A stretch of DNA of 64,000 nt from Candidatus Spongiisociaceae bacterium (GTDB lineage Bacteria > Actinomycetota > Acidimicrobiia > Spongiisociales > Spongiisociaceae): contig OZ253564.1 of assembly GCA_965262915.1 (NCBI GenBank), forward strand, positions 3,072,001 to 3,136,000. The letters are read 5' to 3'. The notes under the pieces are model-generated. The model saw only the letters and a program-made list of their open reading frames with translations, ran no database searches and had not been told where the DNA came from. Positions 40,667-49,606 of this stretch are shown piece after piece. How positions within the stretch are numbered: the first letter of the stretch is position 1; each line of letters begins with the position of its first letter. The translations under genes and the position numbers were made by a program.

Positions 40667-42139
40667 ATGGCTCGACGCCCGAACATACTGTTGCTCCAAG
40701 CCGATCAACTGGCCCCACACTTCCTGCCCGTATACGGCCATCCGGTCACCCTGGCGCCCAACCTCTCGGAGCTGGCCGGGAGCGGCGCCGTGTTCGACTC
40801 GGCCTACTGCAACTCTCCCCTCTGCGCTCCGTCCCGTTTCTCGATGATGACCGGGCAGATGCCGTCCGACATCGGCGCCTACGACAACGCCTCCCCCCTC
40901 TCCCCTGCCGTCCCCACCTTCGCCCACCACCTCCGGCGGGGTGGGTACCGGACGGTCCTGGCCGGGAAGATGCACTTCGTCGGACCCGATCAACTGCACG
41001 GCTTCGAGGAACGCCTCACCACCGACATCTACCCGGCCGACTTCGGGTGGACACCGGACTGGGACGACGCGGACCGAGATCCGGTCCGCTCCTACCTCCG
41101 CCAGGCGGCCCGTGACCTAAAGCGGGCCGGCGTATCGGGACCCACCCTGCAGATGCATTACGACGACGAGGTGACCCACCGGGCGGTCCGGTGGCTCCGA
41201 GGACCGGGCGACGGGGACAGGCCCTTTGCGCTGACCGTGTCCTTCATCCATCCACACGACCCGTTCAACATCACCCGAGCGTACTGGGACCGCTACCGGG
41301 GCCGTGCGATCGACGATCCGATCACCCCACCGGCGGCGACGGATGTGCCGCTCGACGAGCCTTCCCGGCAGCTGCGGGCGGCTCTCGACCTCGACGGCCT
41401 GGACCTGAGCGGCGCCGAGGTGCGCACCGCCCGCCGCGCCTACTACGCGGCCATCAGCTACCTGGACGACTGCATCGGTAAGGTCCTGGCCGCCCTCCGC
41501 GAGCGCGACCGTGGCCGGCCCACCGCGATCATCTTCGTGGCCGACCATGGAGAGATGCTGGGCGAGCGCGGGCTCTGGTTCAAGATGAGCTTCTTCGAGC
41601 GTTCGGCCCGGGTACCGATGATCATCACCGGTCCTGGCATAGCACCGACTCGAGTTGCTACGCCGGTATCCCTGATCGACCTCCTACCCACCCTCCTCGA
41701 CATCGCCGGCGTCGGTGCGGACAGCGCCGGTACCCCCGGAAGGAGCCTGGTCCCGCTGGCGTGTGGCGAACGGGAGACGAGCGCGCCGCCCGTCTTTGCC
41801 GAGATGCTTGGAGAAGGTGTGACGGACCCTGTGGTGATGGTCCGGGAGGACCGCTTCAAGTACATTTCCATCCCCCGAGCAGCTGCGGGCCTCTTCGACG
41901 TCGTCTCGGACCCCGAGGAGCTCTCGGATCTGGCCGGTGCCACCCGCTTCAGGGACGTGGCCGAGCGGCTGGCTGCTCGGGCAGGTGCACGCTGGGATCT
42001 CGCGAGGCTGAGGGCGGAGGTGGTGGCGAGCCAGAGGGACCGGAGATTGGTCCACCTAGCGCTGATCGCCGGCAAGCACACTCCGTGGGACTACTCGCCG
42101 GCGACCGAAGCGGCCGGCTCGTACATACGCAACGTCTGA
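40667..42139 (+). CDS. betC: Choline sulfatase-like sulfatase
   Basis: RPNILLLQADQL, YCNSPLCAPSR, GKMHFVGPDQLHGFEERLTTDIYPADFGWTPDW, DHGEMLGERGLWFKMSFFE. Confidence 0.88.
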   Translation: MARRPNILLLQADQLAPHFLPVYGHPVTLAPNLSELAGSGAVFDSAYCNSPLCAPSRFSMMTGQMPSDIGAYDNASPLSPAVPTFAHHLRRGGYRTVLAGKMHFVGPDQLHGFEERLTTDIYPADFGWTPDWDDADRDPVRSYLRQAARDLKRAGVSGPTLQMHYDDEVTHRAVRWLRGPGDGDRPFALTVSFIHPHDPFNITRAYWDRYRGRAIDDPITPPAATDVPLDEPSRQLRAALDLDGLDLSGAEVRTARRAYYAAISYLDDCIGKVLAALRERDRGRPTAIIFVADHGEMLGERGLWFKMSFFERSARVPMIITGPGIAPTRVATPVSLIDLLPTLLDIAGVGADSAGTPGRSLVPLACGERETSAPPVFAEMLGEGVTDPVVMVREDRFKYISIPRAAAGLFDVVSDPEELSDLAGATRFRDVAERLAARAGARWDLARLRAEVVASQRDRRLVHLALIAGKHTPWDYSPATEAAGSYIRNV

Positions 42140-42474
42140 CGCGGCGACGGAAAGGGGTCCTGGCAGACCGGCGAGCCTCGGATCGGCCGACTCGTGCTCG
42201 CGACATCCCGAGACCGGCACGAACCGCCCACGTGCTACGAGATGCGCATAGCTAGGCATGGTCTATCGGCTGTATTGGCTAGGGCGAGATCGATCCGGGC
42301 CGGAACGCCTCACCGAGTCGGCCCCGCTTACTCGGGCCCCCACCAGCCAACCGGATGGTCGGTGCTCAACCAGAGGATGGGATCCCGCGCTCGACGTCGG
42401 TCGGGTTGGTAGCGAGCTCCCCGGCCGGGGAGCGAGACAGGGCGCAACCCGCGCCCGGTCCTCCCGTCGGGCGC

Positions 42475-43878
42475 TTACCGCCGCCACGGTACGAGCAGAC
42501 CGTGTAAGCCGGCTCGGTCGATCAGGTCATCGGCCCGGGCCTGCGCTTCGCTCATCACCGCCTCCTCGTCGACCATGGTGCAACGGCCGTTCTCCAGCAC
42601 GACGTTGCCGTCGATGATCGAATACGCCACATCCGATCCCCTGACACAGTAGGTAAGGGCGGAGACAGTCCTGTGCCACGGTGTGAGATGGGGACTGCGC
42701 ATGTCGACGACGATGATGTCGGCCAGCTTGCCGGGAGCGAGCACACCGGCGTCGATCCCCGCGTAGCGCGCTCCTTCTCTCGTGGCCATCTCCAATGCCT
42801 CTTCACCGTTGCTGATGGTCGGATCCAGGGTATGGACACGCTGGAGCAGGATGGACTGCTTCATCACCTCGAACATGTCCTGGCGGTGGTTGCAGCACGG
42901 ACCGTCGGTGCCGAGACCGATCGGCGCTCCGGAGGCGCGCAGGTCGCGCAAGCGCATGACGCCAAGGGCTATGTACTGGTGGGATATGGGGCAGTAGGCG
43001 ATCCCGGTCTCCGTCTCGCCCACGTGATCGATCTCGGTATCGTCGAGGTAGATCCCGTGAGCGATGGTCGCTTCCGACCCCAGGAGACCCTCCTGGTAGA
43101 GCCATTCGACCGGCCGGATGCCGTACTCCTCGAGATATGTGGGAGGGTCCTCGAGGCGCTCGGAGCAGTGCGTGTGCCACCCAACACCCGCCTCGCGGGC
43201 CAGGGCGACGCTCCGCCGGACCAGGTCCTGATCGTTGTAGATGATGTTGAGGGGCGCCGGCCACACCTCGACGCGGCCTCCGGCCGGGTACGACTCAATG
43301 GCCGTCGTAGTGATCTCGATCTCCTCGTCGTTGGAGTAGGAGAACAGCTCCCCGGCCAGGTTGGACCTCCGAGCGATGTCGGTCGCCTCCCCCGCGATTC
43401 CTCGGGCCACCGCTCCCCGCAGCCCCACCTCGCGGATGGCGCCGGCCACCGCCAGGGTCGTGTCGAGGTCGGACGGCGCGTAGTGGTGGTCGATGACAGT
43501 GGTGGTGCCCGCCTTGACAGCCTCCACCGCCCCCAGCTTGGCGCCGATCCGACCCTCGGCCAGGTTGATGGAGATCGAGTAGGGCCACATGAAGTCAGTC
43601 AGCCAGGTCCACAGCGGCATGCCCTCGCCCAACCCGCGCGCCAGACCCTGGAACAGGTGGTTGTGGGTGTCGATCAGTCCCGGCAGCACGGCGTGGCCGG
43701 TGCAGTCGATAGTGCGGCGTGCCCGGTAGCCGGCCAGGTCAGCGACCGGCCCGACCGCGACGATCCGGCTGCCCGTCACCGCCACGGCCCCCGGTTCGAT
43801 GACCCGGCGGTCGTCATCGACGGTCACCACTGACCCTCCGGTGAGCAGGATGTCGCAGTCCTGGCTTCTCTGGTTCAT
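42475..43878 (-). CDS. Atz/Trz amidohydrolase, close paralog of 33865-35289
   Basis: PGLIDTHNH, HTHCSE, GTDG; shares IAYCPISHQYIALGVMRLRDLR with the paralog. Confidence 0.92.
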   Translation of the reverse strand: MNQRSQDCDILLTGGSVVTVDDDRRVIEPGAVAVTGSRIVAVGPVADLAGYRARRTIDCTGHAVLPGLIDTHNHLFQGLARGLGEGMPLWTWLTDFMWPYSISINLAEGRIGAKLGAVEAVKAGTTTVIDHHYAPSDLDTTLAVAGAIREVGLRGAVARGIAGEATDIARRSNLAGELFSYSNDEEIEITTTAIESYPAGGRVEVWPAPLNIIYNDQDLVRRSVALAREAGVGWHTHCSERLEDPPTYLEEYGIRPVEWLYQEGLLGSEATIAHGIYLDDTEIDHVGETETGIAYCPISHQYIALGVMRLRDLRASGAPIGLGTDGPCCNHRQDMFEVMKQSILLQRVHTLDPTISNGEEALEMATREGARYAGIDAGVLAPGKLADIIVVDMRSPHLTPWHRTVSALTYCVRGSDVAYSIIDGNVVLENGRCTMVDEEAVMSEAQARADDLIDRAGLHGLLVPWRR

Positions 43879-43895
43879 CGGGCGGAACCTCCCTT

Positions 43896-44828
43896 TCATC
43901 CGGCGGCCGCGCCGTCCCGGTCGACTTCGGGGGCCGGGATCTTGAGCAGCCGACCGGCCGTACCCCCCATGATGGCTTCCAACTCCTCGGCGGTGAGTTC
44001 GGGCCCGCCAACCTGTTCGGCAACCCGGTTGACGCTCCGGAAGATGCCCGAAGCCACCCCACGGGAACCGGACTTGTGCTTGTCGTTGTTGTCCGACCCG
44101 TAGACCGCCCGATCCAGCGCGCCCAGGCTTCTCAATCTGCCGAGCACCCGGTACAGGTCACGGGGGTCCCCACCAGCGTAATAGGACAGGTCGGCGTAGA
44201 AGTTGGGATGGCGGGCCACGACCGCGATTCCTTCATCGACATAGGGAAAAGCCAGGTAGACGAGGACTTTGAGATCCCGGTAGCGAATGCCCAGTTCGTC
44301 GAGGAGCAGCGGCCGGGCGTGGTGCATGGGAGCGTTGATGATCGGTGTGAAGCCGGTGTGGGTGTGAATGGGGAGGTCGAGGTCGAGGCACTTCTCGTAG
44401 ACCGGCGCCAGCCTCGGGTCAGCAGGATCGTGGTGGTGGTAGGTGGGCAGTAGCTTCATCATGCGGAACCCGTACTCCCGGACGCAACGCTCGATCTCGT
44501 CGGTGGCCTCCCGCACGTCACGCAGCGGATCCACGCACACCACCCCATACAGACGGCCGGGGTGGGCAGCACACTGGGCCGCCGTGTAGTCGTTGGGTAC
44601 GTGCACCTCGTGCTCATCCGGGAACCGCGGATGGTAGGTGGTGCGGCGTAGGTCCGATCCGTGGGCCAGACCGACATCGATACCTGCCTGATCGAGCAGT
44701 TCCACCAGGGCTGCGCCGTCCGTCCACCGGTAGTCCCCGCCATAGGGCCGATACAACTCCTCCATCCACCAGACCGGTGCGTGGCGAGGGGTCTCGGTGA
44801 GGTAGAGGAGCACATCGACGGTAGGCAT
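43896..44828 (-). CDS. Amidohydrolase_2 family protein lacking the N-terminal HxH motif
   Basis: MPTVDVLLYL; HTHTG; YGSD; paralog of the adjacent gene. Confidence 0.85.
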   Translation of the reverse strand: MPTVDVLLYLTETPRHAPVWWMEELYRPYGGDYRWTDGAALVELLDQAGIDVGLAHGSDLRRTTYHPRFPDEHEVHVPNDYTAAQCAAHPGRLYGVVCVDPLRDVREATDEIERCVREYGFRMMKLLPTYHHHDPADPRLAPVYEKCLDLDLPIHTHTGFTPIINAPMHHARPLLLDELGIRYRDLKVLVYLAFPYVDEGIAVVARHPNFYADLSYYAGGDPRDLYRVLGRLRSLGALDRAVYGSDNNDKHKSGSRGVASGIFRSVNRVAEQVGGPELTAEELEAIMGGTAGRLLKIPAPEVDRDGAAAG

Positions 44829-44832
44829 CGGA

Positions 44833-45732
44833 TCAATCCATCCGGTACAGCCTGGCGGCGTTGCCGCCCACGATCGCGTCGATCTGCCCGGACGTGAAAG
44901 GCTCCCGGTCCGTACGCTGGGCCACATCGGCGAGTTCCTCCATAAGGTGGGTCCCGATCTGCTGGCCTCCCCCGGTCCGATCCTTGTCGTTGTTGTCCGA
45001 GCCGTAGACCACCCGGTCCAGAGCATCCAAGCCCCGGAGTTTGTCGAGGGCGTCGAAGAGGGGCTCCGGACCGGCCCCGACAAAATAGGCGATATCCGCG
45101 TAGAAGTTCGGATGCCGCGCCACCACCGCGATGCCCTCGTCAACGTACGGAAAGTTGATGTACGCGAGAACGCGCAGGTCGCGGTAGCGGATGCCGACCC
45201 GGTCGAGCGGTTCGGGGTGACCGTACCGGAGCGCCGCCGTGATGATCGGCGAGTACCCGGTGTTCACATGTGCCACGATGCCGAGTTCCAGGCAACTCTC
45301 GAGCATGGGCGCCACCGCCGGGTCGTCGATGTAGTAGTTCTGGTAGGTGGGTAAGAACTTCGACGACCTGAACCCGTATTCCTTCACGCAGCGACGCTGT
45401 TCGATCACCCCGGCTCTGACATCCCGCAGGGGATCGATGTTGGCCACACCGATCAGCCGATCGGGGAACCGGGCCACCTGGCGAGCGGTGTAGTCGTTGG
45501 TTACGAACAGGTTGCGCTGATCGGGGAAGCCGGGATGGTAGGTGGTGCGGCGGATGTCGGAGCCCTGGACCATCCCGATGTCTACCCCGGCCCGGTCGAG
45601 GATGCCCACGATCGCTTCGCCGTCGGTCCAGATGTAGTCGCCGCCGTAGGGCCGGTACAACTCTTCCATCCACCAGAGCGGAGCCTGCTCGGACGACTCG
45701 GTCAGATGGAGATGGCAATCGACCGTTATCAT
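44833..45732 (-). CDS. Amidohydrolase_2 family protein
   Basis: MITVDCHLHL; NDY...PDRLIG; HPNFYAD; YGSD. Confidence 0.88.
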   Translation of the reverse strand: MITVDCHLHLTESSEQAPLWWMEELYRPYGGDYIWTDGEAIVGILDRAGVDIGMVQGSDIRRTTYHPGFPDQRNLFVTNDYTARQVARFPDRLIGVANIDPLRDVRAGVIEQRRCVKEYGFRSSKFLPTYQNYYIDDPAVAPMLESCLELGIVAHVNTGYSPIITAALRYGHPEPLDRVGIRYRDLRVLAYINFPYVDEGIAVVARHPNFYADIAYFVGAGPEPLFDALDKLRGLDALDRVVYGSDNNDKDRTGGGQQIGTHLMEELADVAQRTDREPFTSGQIDAIVGGNAARLYRMD

Positions 45733-45825
45733 CAGGCTGCTCCCCCATCGACCCTGCGGATGCCGCGATGGCCGCCTCCAGAGTGTGTTCCGGGTCCGAG
45801 GGGGGCGCCCGCCATGGGAGCGGAG

Positions 45826-47049
45826 CTACGTATAACTGATGACTCCTTCCTCGGCCATATGTCTCAACTCAGCCTCCCCGTACCCTATCAAGCCTCCCAG
45901 GATCTCCTCGTTGTGCTGGCCGAGGGCAGGCCCGGTGGTCCGCACCTGTCCAGGAGTCGCCGACAGACGGCCGACCAGGTTCTGCATGCGCACAGGCCCG
46001 AGGACGGGGTCCTCGACGGTGGTGACGCTCTCGTTGTGGGCGAATTGCGGATCCTCGAAGATACCGGCGATATCCAGTATCGGGGCGATGGCCGCTCCGG
46101 CGGCCCCGAACGTGGCCACAACCTCGTCGGCATCCCTCTCCGCCACCCACGCTCCAATGACCTCGTCCAACTCGTCTTGGTGCTGGAGCCGTCCGGTGTG
46201 GTTGGCGAACCACTCCTGCTCGGCGAGTTCGGGATGCCCGACCAGGTCGACCGTCCGTTCAGCGGTCGACTGCGAGGAAGCCGACAGTCCCAACCAAACG
46301 CCATCTCTCGACAGGTACGCGTTGCGCGGCGCGGTGAATGGGGCCCGGTTGCCGCTCCGGCCCTGTGCGACTCCTAGCTGGTCGTACACACTGGCCTGCG
46401 GTCCCAGCAACCAGAAGATAGGTTCGTATATCGACAGGTCGATCATCTGCCCCACCCCGGCCTCCGCTTCCCTGGCCCGGAGAGCCGCCAGGGTCAGGAA
46501 GGCGCCGCTGATCCCGGCTATGCCGTCCGCCAAGGCGAACGGCGGCAGGGTCGGTGGCCCGTCCGGATACCCGTTCATATGGGCAAAACCCGACATCGAC
46601 TCGGCCAGAGTGCCGAAACCTGCACGCTCCCGGTACGGACCGGTCTGACCGAAGCCGGTCACCCGTACCATCACCAGCCGCGGGTTTATCTCGCGCAGGT
46701 CGTCCCAACCGAGGCCCCACCGCTCCATGGTCCCCGGACGGAAGTTCTCGACGAGGACATCGGCCCCCTCCACCAGCCGCAGCAACGCCCGTCGCCCGAG
46801 ATCGTGGGAGAGTTTGAGGGTTACGGCCCGTTTGTTGCGGTTGACCACCGCCCACCACAGCGAGACCCCGTCCTTCTCCCAGCCCAGGTTCCGGAGGCTG
46901 TCCCCGCCGGGATGCTCCACCTTGATGACATCGGCGCCGAAGTCCCCCAGCAGGGTGGCCACCATCGGCCCGGCGAACAGCGTGGCCGCATCGACGACCC
47001 TCAACCCCTCCAGGGGGCCTTTCACGTCGTTGTTGAGGTTCTCTTGCAT
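45826..47049 (-). CDS. Class III CoA-transferase (CaiB/BaiF)
   Basis: GPLEGLRVVD, LGDFGADVIKVE, NRNKR, ADVLVENFRPG, GFGQTGPY. Confidence 0.95.
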   Translation of the reverse strand: MQENLNNDVKGPLEGLRVVDAATLFAGPMVATLLGDFGADVIKVEHPGGDSLRNLGWEKDGVSLWWAVVNRNKRAVTLKLSHDLGRRALLRLVEGADVLVENFRPGTMERWGLGWDDLREINPRLVMVRVTGFGQTGPYRERAGFGTLAESMSGFAHMNGYPDGPPTLPPFALADGIAGISGAFLTLAALRAREAEAGVGQMIDLSIYEPIFWLLGPQASVYDQLGVAQGRSGNRAPFTAPRNAYLSRDGVWLGLSASSQSTAERTVDLVGHPELAEQEWFANHTGRLQHQDELDEVIGAWVAERDADEVVATFGAAGAAIAPILDIAGIFEDPQFAHNESVTTVEDPVLGPVRMQNLVGRLSATPGQVRTTGPALGQHNEEILGGLIGYGEAELRHMAEEGVISYT

Positions 47050-47173
47050 CGGGCGAGCCTACCGGTTCGGTGTCCTGGTACCACAGCCGTGTCGATGACG
47101 CCGATCGCTGCTCGCCTTCCCCTTCCGGTGCGATGCATGAGCGTCGGGCCCGGTCGCCGCCGCTGCAACGACC

Positions 47174-47617
47174 CTATTCGACCTGCCCGGGGGGACGTCG
47201 CAACCGCTTGGTCTCGGCGCGTTTCCGCTTCTCCTCGAGCCGCCTGCGGTGAGCGGCTGGCCCGGGTCGCATTGCCCGGCGCGGGGGCGGGTCCGGCGCC
47301 AGTGCATCGTCGAGCAGGGCGCGCAGGCGTCGCCTGGCGACCTGGCGATTCCTCCATTGGGAGCGGTGGTCGGCCACCACCAAACGCACCGAGCCGGAGC
47401 GTATCCGGGTGGCCAGCCGCCGCTGCATCCGTCCCCTCTGCGCTTCGGACAGGGCGTCCGATCCAGCGATGGAGAAAGACAGGCCGACACGGGTGTTGGC
47501 CCGGTTGACATGCTGGCCTCCCGGCCCCGAGGCGGGCCCGAAATCCCAACGGAGTTCCCGGGCGGGAATCACCGGACCCCGCTCCAGGTGGAGGTCTCGT
47601 TTCGCGTCGGGCGTCAT
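47174..47617 (-). CDS. arfB: Alternative ribosome-rescue peptidyl-tRNA hydrolase ArfB
   Basis: SGPGGQHVN, RSQWRNR, basic tail RRRLEEKRKRAETKRLRR. Confidence 0.92.
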   Translation of the reverse strand: MTPDAKRDLHLERGPVIPARELRWDFGPASGPGGQHVNRANTRVGLSFSIAGSDALSEAQRGRMQRRLATRIRSGSVRLVVADHRSQWRNRQVARRRLRALLDDALAPDPPPRRAMRPGPAAHRRRLEEKRKRAETKRLRRPPGQVE

Positions 47618-47636
47618 GATGATGCAAACTACCGGT

Positions 47637-48524
47637 ATGAGCACCGATACACCCAACTCCTGGATCCTGGCTGCCCGGCCCCGGACGCTCTGGGCCGCGA
47701 TCGCGCCGGTACTGGTCGGTTGCGGTCTGGCGCTCGGAAGCGGCGTCTTCCGGGCGGATGCAATGGTTGCCGCCCTGATCTGCGCCGTCGCCCTCCAGGT
47801 CGCGGCCAACTTCGCCAACGACGCCTCGGACGCCCGCCGGGGCGCCGATCCCGAGACGAGGATCGGTCCGACGCGGGCCGTGGCGACCGGTCTCCTGACC
47901 TCCCGGCAGGTCTGGATCGGCGTGTGGGCCATGTTCGGGATGGCTGCGGTCTGCGGCCTCTACCTGGCCTTGATCACCAGTTGGGTCATCGTCGCGGTGG
48001 GCGCAGCTGCCATCCTGGCCACGGTCACCTACACGGGCGGCCCGTCTCCCTACGGGTACCGGGGATTCGGCGAGATATCGGTGTTCGTCTTCTTCGGCCT
48101 CACCGCCACCGTCGGGAGTCGCTACGTGCACGACGGATCGGCACCCCTCGAGGCGTGGCTGCTGGCCATTCCGATCGGATTCACCGCGTCGGCCATACTC
48201 GTTGCCAACAACGTGCGTGACATCGAGACCGACGCGGTAGCCGGCAAGCGAACCCTGGCGGTGATGCTCGGCCGCGACCGTGCCCGAAGGCTGTACACGG
48301 TGATGTTGAGTGCGTCCTTCGCGGTGATCGCAGGAACGGCGGTGATCGGGATCGTTCCGCGCTGGACAGCGCTGGCGTTGCTGGTCTCGCCGTTGGCGTT
48401 CCCACTGATTGCGACCATCCGCTCCACAACGGACGGTCCAATGCTGATCAGAGTTCTCGAAGGGACGGCTCGCCTGCATTTGCTGGTAGGTCTCGGGCTG
48501 GGAGTCGGGGCAGCACTCGGATGA
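47637..48524 (+). CDS. menA: 1,4-dihydroxy-2-naphthoate polyprenyltransferase
   Basis: WILAARPRTL, ANFANDASD...GAD, YTGGPSPYGYRGFGE, NNVRDIETDAVAGKRTLAV. Confidence 0.94.
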   Translation: MSTDTPNSWILAARPRTLWAAIAPVLVGCGLALGSGVFRADAMVAALICAVALQVAANFANDASDARRGADPETRIGPTRAVATGLLTSRQVWIGVWAMFGMAAVCGLYLALITSWVIVAVGAAAILATVTYTGGPSPYGYRGFGEISVFVFFGLTATVGSRYVHDGSAPLEAWLLAIPIGFTASAILVANNVRDIETDAVAGKRTLAVMLGRDRARRLYTVMLSASFAVIAGTAVIGIVPRWTALALLVSPLAFPLIATIRSTTDGPMLIRVLEGTARLHLLVGLGLGVGAALG

Positions 48525-48649
48525 CAGCAGTCTCAGGTTTACCCGGAGCCGCTTCGTGTCCATTGGTACCGGCAGGCTCCAGAACCCATCCGCCTGGAGC
48601 TATTTCCGGGAGACGCGCGTATGGGACGCTTCGACAAGAACCGAAGCAT

Positions 48650-49471
48650 TCAGGTGAGTGACAGTTCACGCAGGAAGTCGGCGATCTCCGCGGCTACCAG
48701 ATCGGGACGTTCCATCACCACCATGTGGGACTGGCCCATCAGGAAAGAGGTCTTGGTGTTGGGGAGTCGGCCCTCCAGGGCGTCCATTACCGCCTCCAGT
48801 TCTCCGGGATAGTCGGAGATCAACAGCCTGATCGGCGCGGTCAGCTCATCAAGGCGTCCGTACAGGCCGGTCTCGGTGCTCGCCGCGAAGACAGCCGACT
48901 CCACCTCGGGACGGCAAGCCAATGCGACACCATCGGCATGGGGCGCCAGACCGCCCTCCAGGTACCCGGAGAAGGCGTCCGCATGCCACCGCTTGAACAA
49001 CGGTTTCGAACGGTAGGAGGCAGCAGCAGCCTGGCGGGACGGGAATGTCGGGCGACGCATCGCCGCCATCATCGCCAGGGGGTGATCTCCGGAGGAGCGG
49101 AAATCCGGCGGGATGATGACCGGCTCGATCAGGACCATGCCGGACAGCAACCCGGGGCGGATCATCTCTGCCATGACCGTGGCCGATCCGCCCATGGAGT
49201 GTCCGACGCCTACGACAGGGGCGGTCGGTGACAATCCGTCAACCAGATCGACCAGATCGCGTCCGAATGTCCACCACGTGATCGGTGAGCCGAGCGGAGG
49301 AGCGCTTCCATGGCCCCTGGCATCCCATGCCAGGGCGGTGGCGCCCACTCCCTGCCTCCGGAGTTCGGCCACGACCGGTCGCCAGACCTCCTTGCAGAAT
49401 CCCGTAGCGTGACCCAGCAGCAACAGCGCGTCACTTGAACCCGCGTGCCACTCGAGCCCAGCATTGTTCAT
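48650..49471 (-). CDS. Alpha/beta fold hydrolase
   Basis: HATGF, DARGHG, GHSMGG, SHMVVME. Confidence 0.88.
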   Translation of the reverse strand: MNNAGLEWHAGSSDALLLLGHATGFCKEVWRPVVAELRRQGVGATALAWDARGHGSAPPLGSPITWWTFGRDLVDLVDGLSPTAPVVGVGHSMGGSATVMAEMIRPGLLSGMVLIEPVIIPPDFRSSGDHPLAMMAAMRRPTFPSRQAAAASYRSKPLFKRWHADAFSGYLEGGLAPHADGVALACRPEVESAVFAASTETGLYGRLDELTAPIRLLISDYPGELEAVMDALEGRLPNTKTSFLMGQSHMVVMERPDLVAAEIADFLRELSLT

Positions 49472-49606
49472 CACTGGATGTCCTCGATCGGCCCGATCCC
49501 GCATGTGCTCTCGCCTCCATGGGGCCTTCCGCTCATGAGGCGTAGCCAGGGTCGATCAGCCCGTTCATACCGCAGCCCGTCTCCTCGGCCCGACAGTGCG
49601 CGTCGG

